In this document: piece by piece, positions 27,318-36,700 of the stretch
Position numbering within the stretch: the stretch's first letter is position 1
How the letters are laid out: every line of letters begins with the position of its first letter
NCBI GenBank assembly: GCA_001794025.1
Contig: MGJA01000013.1
Span: forward strand, 1-59,436
DNA length: 59,436 bases
From: Candidatus Yanofskybacteria bacterium RIFCSPHIGHO2_01_FULL_41_21
GTDB taxonomy: Bacteria > Patescibacteriota > Minisyncoccia > 2-02-FULL-40-12 > GWA2-44-9
Reading direction: 5' to 3'
Notes under the pieces: model-generated
What the model was told of the DNA's origin: nothing
The model's database searches: none
The model's input: the letters and a program-made list of their open reading frames with translations, nothing else
Translations under genes and position numbers: made by a program

Positions 27318-28823
27318 ATGTCTAAAAACAAGAATCTCAAGATTTTATTCGTTGCTTCGGAAGCCGGCCCGTTTGCTAAAGTGGGGGGCTTAGGGGAAGT
27401 AATGTTCTCTTTACCTCGTTCACTTAGACGCCTCGGTCATGATGCTCGGGTGATGATTCCGCGTTATCTTTCCGTTGATCAGGAAAAGTTTAACTTAAAA
27501 ACGGTGATGGAAGGACTAAAGGTGCCGACCGGTGGCGAATACGAACCCCTTGTCTGTAATGTTAAAATGTTTGATTCCGTTGAAGCCGATGGTAATTCGC
27601 CCGCGCCGACTTATTTTTTAGAAAATGAGGAATATTATGAAAAACGTGCCAATGTTTACGGTTATAGCGATGACAGTATTCGTTGGGCGTTATTGTGTCG
27701 GGGGGCGCTTGAGTTTGTTAAAGCATCGGAATGGAAGCCGGATATAATCGTCGCTTCGGATTGGCAGACAGGTTTGATTCCTAACTATTTGCATACTACT
27801 TACAAAGAAGATCCAGATTTAAAAAATATTGCGGTTTTGTTCTCAATTCATAATATCGGTTTTCAAGCCAGTTTTGATCATCATTTTATCACGGAGATGG
27901 ATTATGATTCCGGCCAAGCGGAAATTCCATCCATTTACGACCCGAAATTTCTTAAATTAAACTTTATGCGTCGGGGCGTTATGTATGCCGATGTTATCAA
28001 TACTGTTTCACCGACGTATGCGCAAGAAATTACGACTCCGGAATATGGCGAGATGTTACAGGATCTTTTATCCGAGAGGAGAGGTATTCTATATGGTATT
28101 TTAAACGGCATTGATTATGAAGAATGGAATCCGGCGACGGATGATAATTTAAATTTTAAGTTCAATCATAAAGCGTTGGGTGAACGGGATAAAAATAAGT
28201 CGGTTTTACAAAGAAAATTTAATTTGCCTGAAGATGAACACGCCTTCTTGATTGGTATTGTTTCACGTTTGGTAGATCAAAAGGGTTTTGACATGCTTAT
28301 GACTTGCGGCGATTCGTTGCTTAATAATTTCAATATTCAATTGATCGTGATTGGCACCGGTGACGGTAAATACATTACTTTTTTTGAGGAACTTCGGAAA
28401 AAACATCCCAACAAACTCGGTATCCATTTGTCATTTGATGCAATTTTACCCCGTCTTCTTTATGGTGGGGCTGATGCGATACTTATCCCTTCCAAATATG
28501 AACCCTGTGGTCTGACTCAAATGGAGGCGATGCGTTACGGGGCGGTGCCGATTGTTCGAAAGACGGGCGGTTTAGCTGATAGCGTTCAGGACTTTGACCT
28601 TGAGAAGAACACCGGCGACGGATTTGTTTTTGAAAATTATGATAACTACGCTTTACTCGGGACAATTATTCGGGCGATGGAAATAAATAAACACAAAGTT
28701 ATCTGGAAGAAAATGCAAGAACGGGCGATGAAGAAAGATTTTTCCTGGGACCGGTCCGCCGGTGAATATGCCAAAATACTTAATCGGGCGATTGAGTCCC
28801 ATATTAAAAAGATAGAGGGCTAA
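27318..28823 (+). CDS. glgA: Glycogen synthase (GT5)
   Basis: KVGGLGEV, TVSPTYA, RLVDQKG, PSKYEPCGLTQM, TGGLAD. Confidence 0.93.
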   Translation: MSKNKNLKILFVASEAGPFAKVGGLGEVMFSLPRSLRRLGHDARVMIPRYLSVDQEKFNLKTVMEGLKVPTGGEYEPLVCNVKMFDSVEADGNSPAPTYFLENEEYYEKRANVYGYSDDSIRWALLCRGALEFVKASEWKPDIIVASDWQTGLIPNYLHTTYKEDPDLKNIAVLFSIHNIGFQASFDHHFITEMDYDSGQAEIPSIYDPKFLKLNFMRRGVMYADVINTVSPTYAQEITTPEYGEMLQDLLSERRGILYGILNGIDYEEWNPATDDNLNFKFNHKALGERDKNKSVLQRKFNLPEDEHAFLIGIVSRLVDQKGFDMLMTCGDSLLNNFNIQLIVIGTGDGKYITFFEELRKKHPNKLGIHLSFDAILPRLLYGGADAILIPSKYEPCGLTQMEAMRYGAVPIVRKTGGLADSVQDFDLEKNTGDGFVFENYDNYALLGTIIRAMEINKHKVIWKKMQERAMKKDFSWDRSAGEYAKILNRAIESHIKKIEG

Positions 28824-28832
28824 TATTATTTT

Positions 28833-30323
28833 ATGAAGTGGGCCAATTTTTTACATTTTTATCAGCCGGTTGATCAGCAACCGGATATTCTTGAGGCCGT
28901 GGTTGCCCAGTGCTATCGACCGGTTTTGGAAGGTTTTAGAAATCATAAAAAAATCAGATTGACGGTTAATATTAACAGCACCCTACTGGAGCTTTTTGAT
29001 AAATATAAATATCACGATCTGCTGGATATTCTTAGAGAACTTGGTAAAGAGGGAAGAATTGAATTCACTTCATCGGCCAAGTATCATCCGGTCCTCCCGT
29101 TTTTAAGTGAGAAGGAGATAATTAGACAGATTAAACTCAATAACGAAACGAGCACTTTTTTCCTGGGGGAAGCTTTTCATCCGAAAGGATTTTTTCCGCC
29201 TGAAATGGCCTACAAAAAAGAGCTGGCTCCGCTTATTGCCGATCTTGGTTTTGAATGGGTTATCTTGGACGAGATTGCTTTTCCCGATAATAGTCACAAG
29301 ATTGATTATACAAAAAGATATCGCATAAAAGACACAGCTTTGGATGTTTTTTTCCGGGAAAGACGGTTGAGCAATTTAATTATGAGTGCCATTGTCCGCT
29401 CTGAAGAATCACTTTTGGAGGCGCTTAAAGATGACATTAAAAGTAATCGTTATGTGGTAACGGCTATGGATGGAGAAACCTTTGGTCACCATCGTCCCGG
29501 TTTAGAAAAGACCCTGTTTGATATTTTTTCCAGTGATAAATTGGAACTTGTGACCATGTCGGACTTAATTAAATCCTATCCCGATGTCCAAGAGGTAGGG
29601 CCGGTGGCTTCCACTTGGGCCTCCAGCCGAGAAGATATTGAAAAGAACATCCAGTTCCTTTCTTGGTCTGATCCGGAAAACCAGATCCACGCTTTGCAGT
29701 GGAAATTTACAACTTTGGTTTTAGAGAGTGTTTATGAATTGGCTGGAGATAATCCTCTTTTTAAAGAGATAAGACACAAAATGGATACGGCCTTAGCGAG
29801 TGATCATTTTTGGTGGGCTTCGGCTAAGCCATGGTGGAGTTTGGAAATGATTGAGGACGGGGCTTTTAGATTATTGGATACTATCAGAAGTATTCCCAAT
29901 ATCTCAAACGATAAAGTAAGTAAAGCCCGCGATTATTACGAAGAGATTATTAAGACCGCTTTTAACTGGCAACGAACCGGTAAGATTAGATTAATGATGC
30001 GGGAACAGACAACTCGTTTAAGAATTCCTTTTAAAGATAAAACACTCGGAGCGGGTGGGGCGGAAGAGGGGGTCTATCATGCTTTCATAGATATGATTAA
30101 AAAATTAGAACAAGAAGCATCCAAGAAAGGCGAATATGAGAAGTCAATTTTGTGGCGGGATGCTCTGTATAAACTAGATAATAAATTGGATATCTATGAC
30201 GCTATCAATGCTATTGATTTATTGCGGACCGAAATTCCTCATGAAGAGGTAGAAGCCATTATTGAAAAATACAAAGAACAATATCGGAAAATCCGAGGCG
30301 GTCAGCCGGAACAAAGGGGGTAA
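28833..30323 (+). CDS. Glycoside hydrolase family 57 protein
   Basis: HFYQP, FPPEMAY, DGETFGHH, SDHFWW. Confidence 0.85.
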   Translation: MKWANFLHFYQPVDQQPDILEAVVAQCYRPVLEGFRNHKKIRLTVNINSTLLELFDKYKYHDLLDILRELGKEGRIEFTSSAKYHPVLPFLSEKEIIRQIKLNNETSTFFLGEAFHPKGFFPPEMAYKKELAPLIADLGFEWVILDEIAFPDNSHKIDYTKRYRIKDTALDVFFRERRLSNLIMSAIVRSEESLLEALKDDIKSNRYVVTAMDGETFGHHRPGLEKTLFDIFSSDKLELVTMSDLIKSYPDVQEVGPVASTWASSREDIEKNIQFLSWSDPENQIHALQWKFTTLVLESVYELAGDNPLFKEIRHKMDTALASDHFWWASAKPWWSLEMIEDGAFRLLDTIRSIPNISNDKVSKARDYYEEIIKTAFNWQRTGKIRLMMREQTTRLRIPFKDKTLGAGGAEEGVYHAFIDMIKKLEQEASKKGEYEKSILWRDALYKLDNKLDIYDAINAIDLLRTEIPHEEVEAIIEKYKEQYRKIRGGQPEQRG

Positions 30324-30413
30324 GAGATGGTCTATTGTATTTAATTGAGGGTTGGCGTATATTCTGGGTATTAACTAACCTGGGGCCTACCTTGGATAGA
30401 CCTCTCCAAAAAT

Positions 30414-31565
30414 ATGAAACAAATATTTTTACGATTTTGCGCTGTGTTTGTGCTTGTTTTTGGCTTATTTTCAGTGTCTTTAGTCGCTCATGCTACTACC
30501 CCGACATTGTCTGTTTCAGCGACGGGAAGCGGTGATTCGGTAACTGTTTCTGTCTATGGTGATCCTAATGCCAGCGTAACACTGTACCAGCAAAATCAGG
30601 GGTACAACTATAATACCCAGACCCAATATCTTGGAACTACCAATTCTAGCGGGTATCTTTCAACAACTGTTAACACAAATAATTACGGAATTACATCCGG
30701 TAGTAGTGTTTATGTCGTGGTGAATAATCAAACTTCATCCAGTGTCGTCTGGCCCTATAATTATAATAACTATAACAACTACAACTACGGAAATTATTAC
30801 GGTTCATTATCTTTAAGCCAGACAAATGTATCGGTAAATGTCGGCCAATCGGTGAACGTTACTATCAACGGAGGTAGCGCGCCATACACAATGTATCCGA
30901 CTGGGACTAATATTTTTCAGGCCGTAATTGGTGGCAATAATCTTCAAATCGTCGGTCTAAGTAATGGTTCGGGTTCGGTAAATGTTTGTTCTTCCGGTGG
31001 AACCGGAAGCGGGTGCGTCGTTTTATCGGTAACGGTTAATTCCAGTTATTATGGCGGAACCAATTACTATAATCCGCCTGTGTATAATAATCAGGCCATA
31101 ACTTTTAGTCAGAATAATCCTAGTTTATACATTGGGCAGAGTATGACCATTTCTGTATCCGGTGGTAACATATCCGGTTATTATTATGGCGGGAACTATT
31201 ATGTTGGCCACAATTCTAACTCCAGTGTTTTATCCGCGAACATGAGCGGAAGCACATTAACTCTTCAGGGATTGGCAAATGGAAATACAGCGGTTGTGGT
31301 TTGTACATCATCTACAAACTGTTCCGCTCTTAATATAACCGTCGGTTCAACCGGTTATGTAAATCCGAATAACAATTTTGGCAATTGGATTTCGTGTGCC
31401 GGCGAAAACCAATATTGCTCTTTCTCGGGAACCAGAAATGTACAGTATGGCGCGAATGGGGTTTATGTTTACCGAACCTTTACGAACGGTGTAAATTGCT
31501 CCAATGCCGTCTTTGGTGATCCTATCTTTGGGGTGGCCAAACGTTGCAGTATCAGCGGATATTAG
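30414..31565 (+). CDS. Secreted Tyr/Asn/Gly-rich beta protein with repeated Ig-like units and a C-terminal Cys-rich module
   Basis: Signal peptide; two LSQ/FSQ..V.VGQS units; CAGENQYC...CSNAVFGDP. Confidence 0.75.
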   Translation: MKQIFLRFCAVFVLVFGLFSVSLVAHATTPTLSVSATGSGDSVTVSVYGDPNASVTLYQQNQGYNYNTQTQYLGTTNSSGYLSTTVNTNNYGITSGSSVYVVVNNQTSSSVVWPYNYNNYNNYNYGNYYGSLSLSQTNVSVNVGQSVNVTINGGSAPYTMYPTGTNIFQAVIGGNNLQIVGLSNGSGSVNVCSSGGTGSGCVVLSVTVNSSYYGGTNYYNPPVYNNQAITFSQNNPSLYIGQSMTISVSGGNISGYYYGGNYYVGHNSNSSVLSANMSGSTLTLQGLANGNTAVVVCTSSTNCSALNITVGSTGYVNPNNNFGNWISCAGENQYCSFSGTRNVQYGANGVYVYRTFTNGVNCSNAVFGDPIFGVAKRCSISGY

Positions 31566-31569
31566 GATC

Positions 31570-32493
31570 TCATCTGTTGATAGCGGTTTTGATGATACTT
31601 CGGAATGTACTCTCGGGGATGGAAAAACTAATATTACTGGAACCCTGAACAGTAGCAACGTTAATACCGATAACGTTGCCATTTAAATCTAACAAAGGTC
31701 CGCCGGAATTTCCGGGATTAATAGCGGCGTCGGTTTGAATCACGTCGGAAAGGGTTTCAATACTTCCATTTGAAGTTGTCGCCTGAATAGTCCTGTTAAG
31801 TCCCGAAATAATTCCCATAGAAACGGTATTATTATATTCTCCAAGGGCATTGCCGATAGCTATAACGGTTTGACCGAGTTGTAAACTTTTTGAATTGCCT
31901 AGTTTTACCGGCTGGTAATTGTTGCCGGATATTTTAATGATAGCAACATCATTTGTCGGGTCTTTATAAATGACTTGGGCGGTCTGTTGTTTACCGTTGG
32001 ACAAGAGAACAGTATAGCTCGCGTTATTATCGGCGACAACATGCTTATTAGTTATAATATAACCGTCAGAGGTTATTACAAAACCGCTTCCGGCGCCAAC
32101 TTTTTGGGACTTAGTTTCGCCGGTCGGTTCGTAAACCGGAACCCTGATGTTGATATCTTGGAAAAACGGGTCATTCCCGAAAGGATTCTTGTAAACGACT
32201 TTATGGAGAGGGACATTTTCACTGATAACAATGGAGACAACTGATGGGGTATTTTTAGAGACCGCCGACGTAACCACTTCTTGGGCGGACATTCCCGATG
32301 TGCTTTGTTGCTTACTGACTAAAGCAAGTTGGGTTTGCAGGGTCGCAAGTTCTTTTTTTAGAGCAGTGATTGAATTATCCTGATTTTGCTGTTGTTTTAG
32401 AGTTTCCTTCTTGTATAACAGAAAACCGCCTATATTGCTGATAGTTATAAGCAGAATTATTACCAGAAAGGGGATGTATTTCCTCATAAACAT
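31570..32493 (-). CDS. HtrA-like trypsin serine protease without PDZ domain
   Basis: TNKHVV, NDVA, QTDAAINPGNSGGP. Confidence 0.9.
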   Translation of the reverse strand: MFMRKYIPFLVIILLITISNIGGFLLYKKETLKQQQNQDNSITALKKELATLQTQLALVSKQQSTSGMSAQEVVTSAVSKNTPSVVSIVISENVPLHKVVYKNPFGNDPFFQDINIRVPVYEPTGETKSQKVGAGSGFVITSDGYIITNKHVVADNNASYTVLLSNGKQQTAQVIYKDPTNDVAIIKISGNNYQPVKLGNSKSLQLGQTVIAIGNALGEYNNTVSMGIISGLNRTIQATTSNGSIETLSDVIQTDAAINPGNSGGPLLDLNGNVIGINVATVQGSSNISFSIPESTFRSIIKTAINR

Positions 32494-32510
32494 TATTTTA
32501 TAAGAATATT

Positions 32511-32558
32511 AATTAAATACCAACAGTCCCGCCTAGGCGGGACTGTTGGTATTTAATT
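32511..32558. terminator. 48-bp perfect palindrome, probable terminator
   Basis: aattaaataccaacagtcccgcct|aggcgggactgttggtatttaatt. Confidence 0.7.
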
Positions 32559-32575
32559 TTATCTCTTGTTTAAGT

Positions 32576-33424
32576 TTAGAATCCGAAGAGAAGTTGGAAG
32601 AATCGGCCGATACCACCGAAGAATTTACCACGAGCTTTTTCTTCGTCATTCGGTTTTACACTTGGACTTGGTGTAGCGCCTTGGTCAATGACCGAATAGG
32701 CCGTGATGGCGGTACCGTTGATTGTTCCTTGGACGACGACATTATCGCCGACCACTACCGTTGAGATAGTAGAGAGAGCGCCTTTGTTTTGGACTTTGGC
32801 GGTTGAACCATCAACTGTGTAGGTGACATTACTCTTGTTAGTAATTGTTAAGGTTGTTCCGTTAATGGCGGTAACAGTACCGGCAATTATCGGTTGGCCG
32901 TTCCCTTGGATAAGGGGAGTTGGCTTTGTTTTTTTATCTTTATCCTCTTTTTCTTCTTTATTTACCCCATCATGAATAGTGGTGGCAAGGACATTAGTAC
33001 CCGTAATTGTACCCTGAATCTTAACTATATCGCCGACAGTAATACCGGAAACAGTTGAAGCGACGCCGGCTTTAACAACGGTTGCCTGGCTGGCATCAAC
33101 AGTGTATACGATTGGCGCGGGAGTTGCTTTTGGCGCGTCTTCGTCTTTATTATTATCGTTATCTTCATCATCTTTACCCCAGGCCCAACCCACTCTACTA
33201 TTACTGGTTACAGTAAGGGTCGTGCCATTTATGGCGGTAACCGTACCGACAATGTTTGGACGCATTACATTGACTCGGTCCATCATCATTCTGCCCCAAT
33301 TTATTAAGCCACCTTTGTCATCACGCGATTCACTTGATTGTGAATTGTTTGTTTGAGCAAGGGCCGGCACGGCTAATACCAAACTAGCCAATACTGCCAG
33401 TGAAATATATTTATTTTTTATCAT
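32576..33424 (-). CDS. Secreted protein with two DUF5666-like OB-fold repeats
   Basis: Signal peptide; GTVTAINGTTLT...YTVD...VGD.V.VQGT twice. Confidence 0.75.
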   Translation of the reverse strand: MIKNKYISLAVLASLVLAVPALAQTNNSQSSESRDDKGGLINWGRMMMDRVNVMRPNIVGTVTAINGTTLTVTSNSRVGWAWGKDDEDNDNNKDEDAPKATPAPIVYTVDASQATVVKAGVASTVSGITVGDIVKIQGTITGTNVLATTIHDGVNKEEKEDKDKKTKPTPLIQGNGQPIIAGTVTAINGTTLTITNKSNVTYTVDGSTAKVQNKGALSTISTVVVGDNVVVQGTINGTAITAYSVIDQGATPSPSVKPNDEEKARGKFFGGIGRFFQLLFGF

Positions 33425-33534
33425 CCCGTTAGAAATTTTACTGACCGTCCACCATTTTATGATGGTGGCTATGGTTAGTAATTTTAGTTAATAATTTAAT
33501 GAGATATTCCCGCAGGGTTAATTTCTAACGGGAT
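33423..33534. repeat. Hairpin element with ATCCCGTTAGAA/TTCTAACGGGAT arms
   Basis: 15-bp perfect arms at 33423-33437 and 33520-33534; relatives at 44182, 53860, 58468 and a half-site near 23305. Confidence 0.8.
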
Positions 33535-33769
33535 TACTCAATATTAATAAAAGAGCCAGTTCGACTCATACTAGCTCCATGTGACTAGATACGTAATGAC
33601 CTCTCTCCTTGTTTCAGCCCTTTTTACTGAAATAATTACAAAACATTTATTTTCTTTGACTACTTGACAGGTTTTTTACAAAAGAATACGGTGATATCAT
33701 AAATAAATCTTGTTGAAAAAATGTAGATTATTCGCCAATAATTTACAAATTCAACAGGAATCTCATACC

Positions 33770-36700
33770 GTGAAAAATATCACCGGACTTCGTCGTGGGG
33801 GAGTGGTAAGTAAATCAGTTATTGCAGTCGTCATGACCGCCACTTTTTTGATGAGCGGTTTTTTTGCACCTAATAATGCTTTGGCGGTAATTTCCTCGAT
33901 TGATGTTACATATCCAGCAGCAAGTGACATTTATGTAAAAGGAACTTTTAATATTACATGGGCAGCAGCTGGAGAACCCGACGATTTGGTGGATATTTAT
34001 TATTCGACTAATGATTTTGGAATTAGTACTAAATTGACAGCTAGCGGTATTGATTATGATGCAGGAACTTATGCTTGGAATACCACTTCTCCTGCAATTC
34101 CTGATGGAGCATCTTATAAAATAAAAGTTAAGAGCACAAGTAATGATATAAATGGAATTTCAGCAAATACATTTACCATCGACAACACTCTTCCTACCGT
34201 CCCGACTGTGTTGACTCCCAATGGTGGACAGGTATTGAAAGGTGGAGATGATTACGATATCACCTGGACATCTTCGGTAGATACTAATTTTAGCGCCACG
34301 CCGATCAAGATTGAGTATTCTAAACTAGGTGACTTTAGTGATACCACCACAGTGGTGGCCGCCACCGCCAATGATGGCAGTTATACCTGGAGTTTACCGA
34401 CTGACGACACTACTACCGCAAAGATAAGAGTTACCGCTACTGATCTGGCCGGCAACACGGGTAGCGATTTATCCAATGCAACTTTTACCATTGACTCCAC
34501 CGCACCAACTATTCCGGTTACCACTCTAACTGGCACTACCGTCCAGGCCGACAATGACACGATTACCATTGTTTTCAGCGAGCCGGTGTTAGCCGATGAC
34601 GGTACCTGGTCAACCAATGAATTCAGTGCTATTGAAAGTCCAGACGGTACAGTGCTTGACCTGACTGGCGCGGTTTTTGGTTATGCCGGCAGTACCCTTA
34701 CGATTACACTATCCGAAGCTAACGAATATTTGCAGAATGGAGATTTTGTCGCAGTAACAGCAGTAGCTGGTAAAATCAAAGACCCCGCAGGCAATGCACT
34801 GGCGGCGATTGAAGTGATTGGTACTGTCGCTGTAACCGGCGATGTAGCCGCTCCTACCGTGGCGCTAACCTATAACCCGGATCGGCCGGTAAAAGATGCC
34901 GACACCGTCACCATCACTGCCACTTTCAATGAAACTATTCTGGGTACTCCCCAGATTGCCATTGCCACCGCTGGTGACGGCGATGTGGCAGCAACCGGAA
35001 TGAGCACCACGGCTGATCCTCTAATTTGGACTTACTCCTGGAACGTGCCAAGCGGAACGGATGATGATGGCCTGGCAACCATTACCATCTCTGGGGTAAC
35101 CGATCTGGCCGGCAACGCCAACGCGGTGGCCAGCAATAATACCCGAACAGTAGATAATACCGCACCCAGTGTCAGCAGTTATACTCTTAACGGTGCCACC
35201 GCCCACACCTACTTTAATCCCGCTCTGGGAACGGTCCAAATTCACATCACTGCCAGCGAAGCGGTGCATTTTAATCGCATTCGCGTTTGTGCCAATGGCG
35301 ATGCGGTATGTAATGATGGCACGGCACTTAAATACTTCACCCAAACCACCAGCTTTTCGTCACTTGGCTCAAAAACTTGGGACGGTTATGATAATCAATC
35401 CACGCCGGTAATCGCGCCTGATGGTGTCTACAAACTTAATACCAATCTGGAAGATGAGGCCGGTAATGTAGCGACTGTTATCCTGACTACCTACCTGATT
35501 ACCGTGGATACGGCTGATCCGACTTTCAGCGCCTTCAACGCACCGGCCACCGATGCAGTTTACAAAACCAATACTCCGTTGCAATTTACACCAGATGACT
35601 CTGCTACGGCCGTAACTTGTGCCTATAAAATTGATACTAGCAGTTATATTTCAGTTGATTGTACGGCTGCCACACCGTTCAGCGACACGATTCCTGATGG
35701 TAGTTTGAGTGATGGTCGCCACACTGTTACGATTAAAGTCGTTGATGCTGCCAATAATTCTTTGGAATCGTCCCCAGTTTCCTTTGTTTTTGATAATAAT
35801 AATACCCTTACCGTTGATGACGACGGTATTGCTTTCGCTGACTTCAGTACGATTTCCGAAGCGATTACTAAATCAACTACTAATGATACGATTAATGTCG
35901 CGGCGGGGAGTTATGGTAATAGTTTGACGGTAAACAAAACTCTGACTATAAATGGCGGTGTCGGGGGTGAAACATCTACTCAAACTGCCGCAGTTTCCAT
36001 TACCGCCGACAATGTCACGCTGGATAACTTTACATTTACTGGAAATTTGGGTGGTGACGCGTTTATTAATCTTGATAACGATACCGCGCATTCGGGTATC
36101 AGCTTAACCAATAATACTTTTGACGGAGCGATTACTACTTGGCACGTTATCCGCGCGGGCGGTAACAAAGACGACCTGACAATCACCGGCAACACATTCA
36201 CCGGAAGCACTTCGGGTAACGACAATGCATTGATTCTCTTGGGAGTTGGAGGAAGCAACATCAATGTCAGCACCAACATCTTCGAAAGTTTTCCAAGTAC
36301 CTACTCGTTGGTCGCTATTCAGCACAGTGCGAGCGGTGGTGCAAGGACTGATGGACTTACTATCAGTGGCAACTCGTTTGACTACACGGGGTACACCAAT
36401 GCAGGGAACGGCTCGGAGGCTATCAGCGTGCGGTATGCAGATAATGTCACGGTCAATGGCAATATCTTGACGGGTTCGGCATCAGATACGACATATGAAG
36501 CGGGAATCACGCTCGCTTCTGTAACCTCCACTGGGGGCCAGAGCGTCATCAGTGGAAACACGGTAAACGGATTCAGTCGCGGCATTCGTATTCAGCGATG
36601 GTCTGGCGGTGATGGATTCGCTGACGATGTAGAAATCACCAACAACACGGTAACCGATGGGGTTAGCAATGATTTGAATTACGGGGCAGCTTCTACGGGC

